Shown here one piece after another: positions 36,715-41,606 of a stretch of DNA of 41,606 bases (position 1 is its first letter; every line of letters starts with the position of its first letter). Source of the stretch: Bigelowiella natans CCMP2755 (lineage: Eukaryota; Protista; Cercozoa); the NCBI GenBank assembly GCA_000320545.1, contig ADNK01002724.1, forward strand, positions 1 to 41,606, written 5' to 3'. The notes beneath the pieces are model-generated. The model was given only the letters and a program-made list of their open reading frames with translations, was not told the DNA's origin and did not search any database. The position numbers and the translations under genes are program-made.

Positions 36715-39095
36715 TCACTGCTGCAGCGCAGTATTCGCAACTGCAAAGACCGCGACTCGGTCAGGCGAGTTTTCATTCCTGCTTCTGCCGCCGCTACTTT
36801 GAGAAACTGCAGCAGGGTGATTGGGAGGATGTTGACGATGACTAGGGTTGGCACCCCTGCTTCCATCTTTCACATCACCATGCCTACTGTCACTAGGGAG
36901 GGGGGCTCCAGCATGGCGAGTGTCTTCGTTTCGTTCATTTTCCCCATCCGCTGTTCGTTGGAAGGAGATCTTCGGTGGAATAGGCCGCTCAGTGCGAAGA
37001 AAATCGATGGCCTTTGCCTGCATAGATGCATGGGGAAGGGGGATTAGTGAGAGGTGGTAGCGTAACACTTATTCTCTTGCTTCGGGTGCGACTGATAAGA
37101 ATGCTTTTGCCCCCAATACCATCATCTTATCTAACTAGCAGCGTTTATATCGATACCGTATCGCCTTTTCGGATGTGGATGTACACGAATAACCTATATT
37201 TCGAAAATACATATTTGTGTATGTATAACATATAATATATCATCTGCTACTATGAACCCACTACCATACTAATCACAAATATTGATTTGCCCCCCCCCCC
37301 CTCCATACATGTAAATAAATACATACAAATATATATTTATTAATTAATTTATATTTATATTCACGTATGACCTGAGAGCGGGAAGATAGTTCGAAACGAC
37401 CATCAGCGCCCTTTTCACGCATTGCAAGCCTTGCGTCAAGTTCCCTGACGATATACGCAATGACGATGAGATCTTTCCAATGATAATTGTGAAATTGAGC
37501 ATGATAACTCCGGACAACACCGTTATGTAGAACCTACCCCGCATAACGTGGCAAATCGCCAGATTTGTGAACAAGGCCGCTCTCGATGCGGATGTCCATT
37601 CCTTATGGTTGTTGATCAAAGGGGGGGGGGGGGGGGGAAGAAACGGTTCTGTACTTAGCGCCTAATCGACGATCTATCGTCGTTGTCATCGTCGTCGTCA
37701 TCATCATCATCGTCATCAAATTTCCAAACATACTCTCTTTCTGCCTAAATCAACAAGGTCGTCGAGAAACCAACGCACATTCCATCACTCATCATACGAA
37801 CCTCACGATGGGCCTCATCAGCCCTGCCGCCGGCCCTGGGCGACGGCGAGCGCGCTTTTGCGTCTCTTCTCGCAGGAGAATCGCCCCTGTCAGCAGCAGC
37901 GGCGGCGGCGGCGGCGTTCCGAGCGATGCGCAGCCTCAGATGTTCCCGGCGCGTAAATTGGTCTGCGGGGACGACGTTGAGGGCGTCGTTGGTCTGCAAG
38001 TACGGCGATTTCAAGTGGCCTGCGGCCTCCTTCGGGCGGTTCAGCGAGCAGAAGGCCTGCGTTTTGTGCAATTGCAAAAGGCGTGTGTTCTTTGGATTGG
38101 GAAGGGGGGAGGGGGGAGGGGGGAAGGGGGGGGAGGGGGGGGATTGGCGCGGAGAAACAGCACGGCTGTTCATTGGATCATCGAGTGTGTCCAAATATGT
38201 GTATCTGTGTATATGTCTATATGTGTGTTCGTGAGTGTGTGTGTGTGTGTGTGTTTAGATAAATTCAGATCTGTGTTACCTCTGCCATGTACGTGCGCAC
38301 GATGTAGTTATAGGAGGGAGGGATGGCGGAGCCGAGCGAAGTTGCGCCTCTCTCATCCGACGGACCCCCCCCTCCTCCTCCTCCTCCTCCCCCTCTTTTC
38401 TTCTTCCTACCGCCCTTGCCCTTCCTCTTATCATCGCTCGCCGCCTTCGCCTTGTCCAGGAGATTGAGAAGCTATATTGTTGTTTCATATCACATAGAGC
38501 ACACACACACGCGCGCGCGCGCGCGCACACACACTTAAAGCATGCGATCCAAAATCGTACGCGAAAATGAACGAAAGCGGCAGAAATCAGCGCGCAACCT
38601 TCTTCCCATGTGATATGGTGACGACGGGGTCATCCAGGCAGAGCGTCAAATACCTGTTGCAGCGCGTGGCGAGTGGGCGTTTTTCTTAGGTGATTTCTCG
38701 TGAAAAATCATGAAATTGTCAATCGAAAGCAGCGAGACAGCATCTCTCACTTTAACACAAACGCACACACACGCGCGCGCGCACCGTGCACCATACACGA
38801 CACACACCGCGTAAACTTACATGATCATGAGCTGAACGTCGCACTCCTTCCTCAGGAGGAGAAGGGGGGGGGCAGGCGTGGCCTTATGCTGCGGGTGGCG
38901 CTGGAGAAGGACGAGCGCGTTGTGCGAGCACATGAGAGCTTCTCGTAGCACCTCTGAATATATGGAAGATGATAATTATGTCAGGAGGAGGAGAGAAGGA
39001 GGAGGAGGAGGAGGAGGAGGAGGAAGAAGAGTAGTGTTGGTAGCATGTTGCTTATCTTAAGATTCATGGCTGCTTGCAGCGCATTTCATCCATAT

Positions 39096-39173
<78 letters not shown>

Positions 39174-40274
39174 GATAACACTCCACTCCGCCCATCATCA
39201 TCCTAATTCACCCTCATGCCCTTTCATCTCACCAAGGCTCTTCGCTCGGGGGTCCTGACAAGTAGGAGGAGGGGGGGGAGACAGGAATAGTAATCGTTGT
39301 TATGCATATCGGGCGGCGGCTGCTGTACTAATGTTATTACTCCTACAACTACCAATCTGCATGTGGTAGCTACAATTGTACTTCTTCTTTTTCTTCTTCT
39401 TCTTCTTCTTCTTCTTCTTCTTCTCCCCCCCCCCCCCCCAAAAAAACACTGAACACCATTCCTACCGAATCTGCCGTTGCGATCTTATAGCGCACACCAG
39501 CTTCCGTTTGAAAGGCAAATCGTGAAACCTAGTACAGAACGAAGGAGAAAACTAATATCAGCATTTTATATATTCACTATTTTTATTATATTATAATATA
39601 TATTTTTTGTTATATATTTAAATACATATCGATCAATACATATTATTCTTGCACGGCGTCTCTTCGGGAGATTGCTTCATATTCTTAAATCTTCCTCGTT
39701 TTCACACAACCCCCCCCCCCTTCCCTCCTCCCCCGTCCTAAATTTCCTCGTTGGGAGCACAGCGACCTTTCTATCCTCCGCGGCAGAGGTGCCTGCTAGC
39801 CCTTTGCTTGTGCCTGATTATGGTAAATAGTAATAATCAATACAAATTTAGGAATCCGACACACACACACACTCACACACTCATACACATATACATATCA
39901 CCACATATTTTGCGTGTGTGCGCACGTGGATCGTACAGATACAAGCGCAGTTTGAGGCGATGTAATCAGCGAAGAAGCTGTGCTGCACGGTGCTATGCAA
40001 TACTATGATATTCGGTGCAATGCGCAATGACGCACGATGTGTTGTGCTATGTGGAAAGCAAGCATCATCAGGAAAGAGGAAAAGGCCAGGTCGGTCACCT
40101 CCTGTGTAGTTGCCGGTATCCTCTAAATAAACCGCTACGGGGGAGGGAGGAAGGTGAGGACGGGGGGGGTTGGGGGATTACACAATCGTGGTGGTAGTAG
40201 TGCGCTGCTACGTCTTTCAACCTTAATGCTCTCTCTCCCCGCCTCCATCATGCCCCCACTCCCCCCCGCCCCTT

Positions 40275-40319
<45 letters not shown>

Positions 40320-40413
40320 ATTTCGATGTTAAGCAGCAAATGACGGGGGTTTATGCGGCGCGATGAGGCCAGGTCATCCACTGCGCGCGCACGCGCGCGC
40401 ACACACACACAAA

Positions 40414-40451
<38 letters not shown>

Positions 40452-41422
40452 TAAATTATTTTCTATTGATTCCATATATACTACCGATCAAGCTCTCTGC
40501 TAGCTGCTGCCACGTCGATGCGACGACGTATATTGTCCCAAATCCGGACATCGATGATGGCAATGACGACGACGATGATGATGACGATGATGATGACGAT
40601 GACGTGGAGGAGAAAGAGGAGAGGGGGGAAGCTTTGCTGGGGCTGCCCTTGCTGTCAAATAGTAGATTTATCCCCTTCTCACTTTGGTTCTTCTTCTTAC
40701 CCCTCCCACTTCGCTGCTGCTGCTGCTGCTGCTGCTGCTTGTGCTGCTTCAGCATCGGAGCGAGTTCAACAGCCTTTCGAAGCCATTCGCACGCCTCGGA
40801 GTACCTACAGAGAAGTTGTGGTAAAGCGAGGGTGGGGGGGGGGGGGGGGGGTTGGTATCATTGATTGGTGGGAAGGTATAAATCCTCAAAATAGTTAGAA
40901 GTGAGCGTGGTGGTGAACCTCACATCTGGAAAGAGGGCAGAATGATACAAAGCTATAGCTTTTCACCCCGCGGTCACCATAAGGCCGTTTCGCTCGATAC
41001 GGAGCGACACCAGCGATGTGCTCAGTGAGCATTGCAAAACTAAAAACTGCTCTATTCTCCAAAGGCCTACCGAAGTTGCCCGTGCACACTGCCAGCTTGA
41101 GCGTGGTAAATGCGACGCACGCGAACGCACTTTTGTCGTGCAGGAACAGTGCGCGCTTCTCCTTGACCCAAACTCCTTCCACGACGCTGAGACCCTGCGA
41201 GGGGCGATGATGGAGGGGATCGATGTTAGTAGCTCATCATTGGGATTGGAGCTTCTCAGCAGCATTCGGTGTGGATACAAGTGCGGGTGAAATCAATGGC
41301 AGAGCACCTTATCGAATTGACGTAGATGGATGTAGGCGTTGGCGATGTTGTAGCTCAACAAGGCTCGGGACTGAACGCGGCGTTTTGCGCATATTTTTTG
41401 TGTAATACAACATAGTATGAAC

Positions 41423-41464
<42 letters not shown>

Positions 41465-41514
41465 CAAGGACGGGGCACATGAGGGATGCGCGTGTAATTC
41501 TTATGGATGGAAGA

Positions 41515-41547
<33 letters not shown>

Positions 41548-41606
41548 TAGAAAGAGGGGGGGAGCGAGAGAAATTGCCTAAAAACAATGGCAAATATCAT
41601 AATTGA
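36715..41606 (-). CDS. CNOT10: CCR4-NOT subunit 10-like TPR protein, multi-exon, 5' end off the window
   Basis: Exons in the expected order: YSEACEWLRKAVEL, ALMCSHNALVLL (cf. LCLRNALLLL), YLTLCLDDPVVTISHG (cf. YVALALGD), LHKTQAFCSLNRPKEAAGHL (cf. LYAAEAL..L.R..A..HL), ASRAALFTNLAICHVMRG/NLTQGLQCVKRAL, QAKAIDFLR; stop at 36715. Confidence 0.7.

Noticed and set aside
1-41606. tRNA/rRNA/snRNA genes
   Set aside because: None recognisable by eye; tRNAscan-SE/Infernal would be needed to exclude small intronic RNAs.

Overview
Eukaryotic, intron-rich nuclear DNA with GT-AG introns often filled by (TA)n/(CA)n/(GA)n/poly-G/(CAT)n tracts. The style plus a signal+transit-peptide gene suggests a complex-plastid protist such as a chlorarachniophyte (inference). 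Most listed ORFs are exon fragments or microsatellite noise. Manual splicing gives nine genes: VIT-vWA protein (-, partial), divergent ARF-like GTPase (+), DHX36/DHX57-like DEAH helicase (-, ~12 kb) with an apparent LOTUS/OST-HTH insertion near its C-terminus, MDC1-like FHA+tandem BRCT protein (-), intronless gamma-glutamylcyclotransferase (+), Stf0/NodH-like sulfotransferase-fold protein (-), 365-aa 7TM protein (-), G-alpha (+) and CNOT10-like protein (-, partial). Top candidate system: a microsatellite-free ~8 kb block bounded by CTAG-rich tracts, where an orphan 7TM gene lies head-to-head with a G-alpha lacking both catalytic residues (switch I Arg->Cys, switch II Gln->Ala) and the receptor-binding C-terminal tail. 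All gene models are hand-built and unconfirmed by transcripts.
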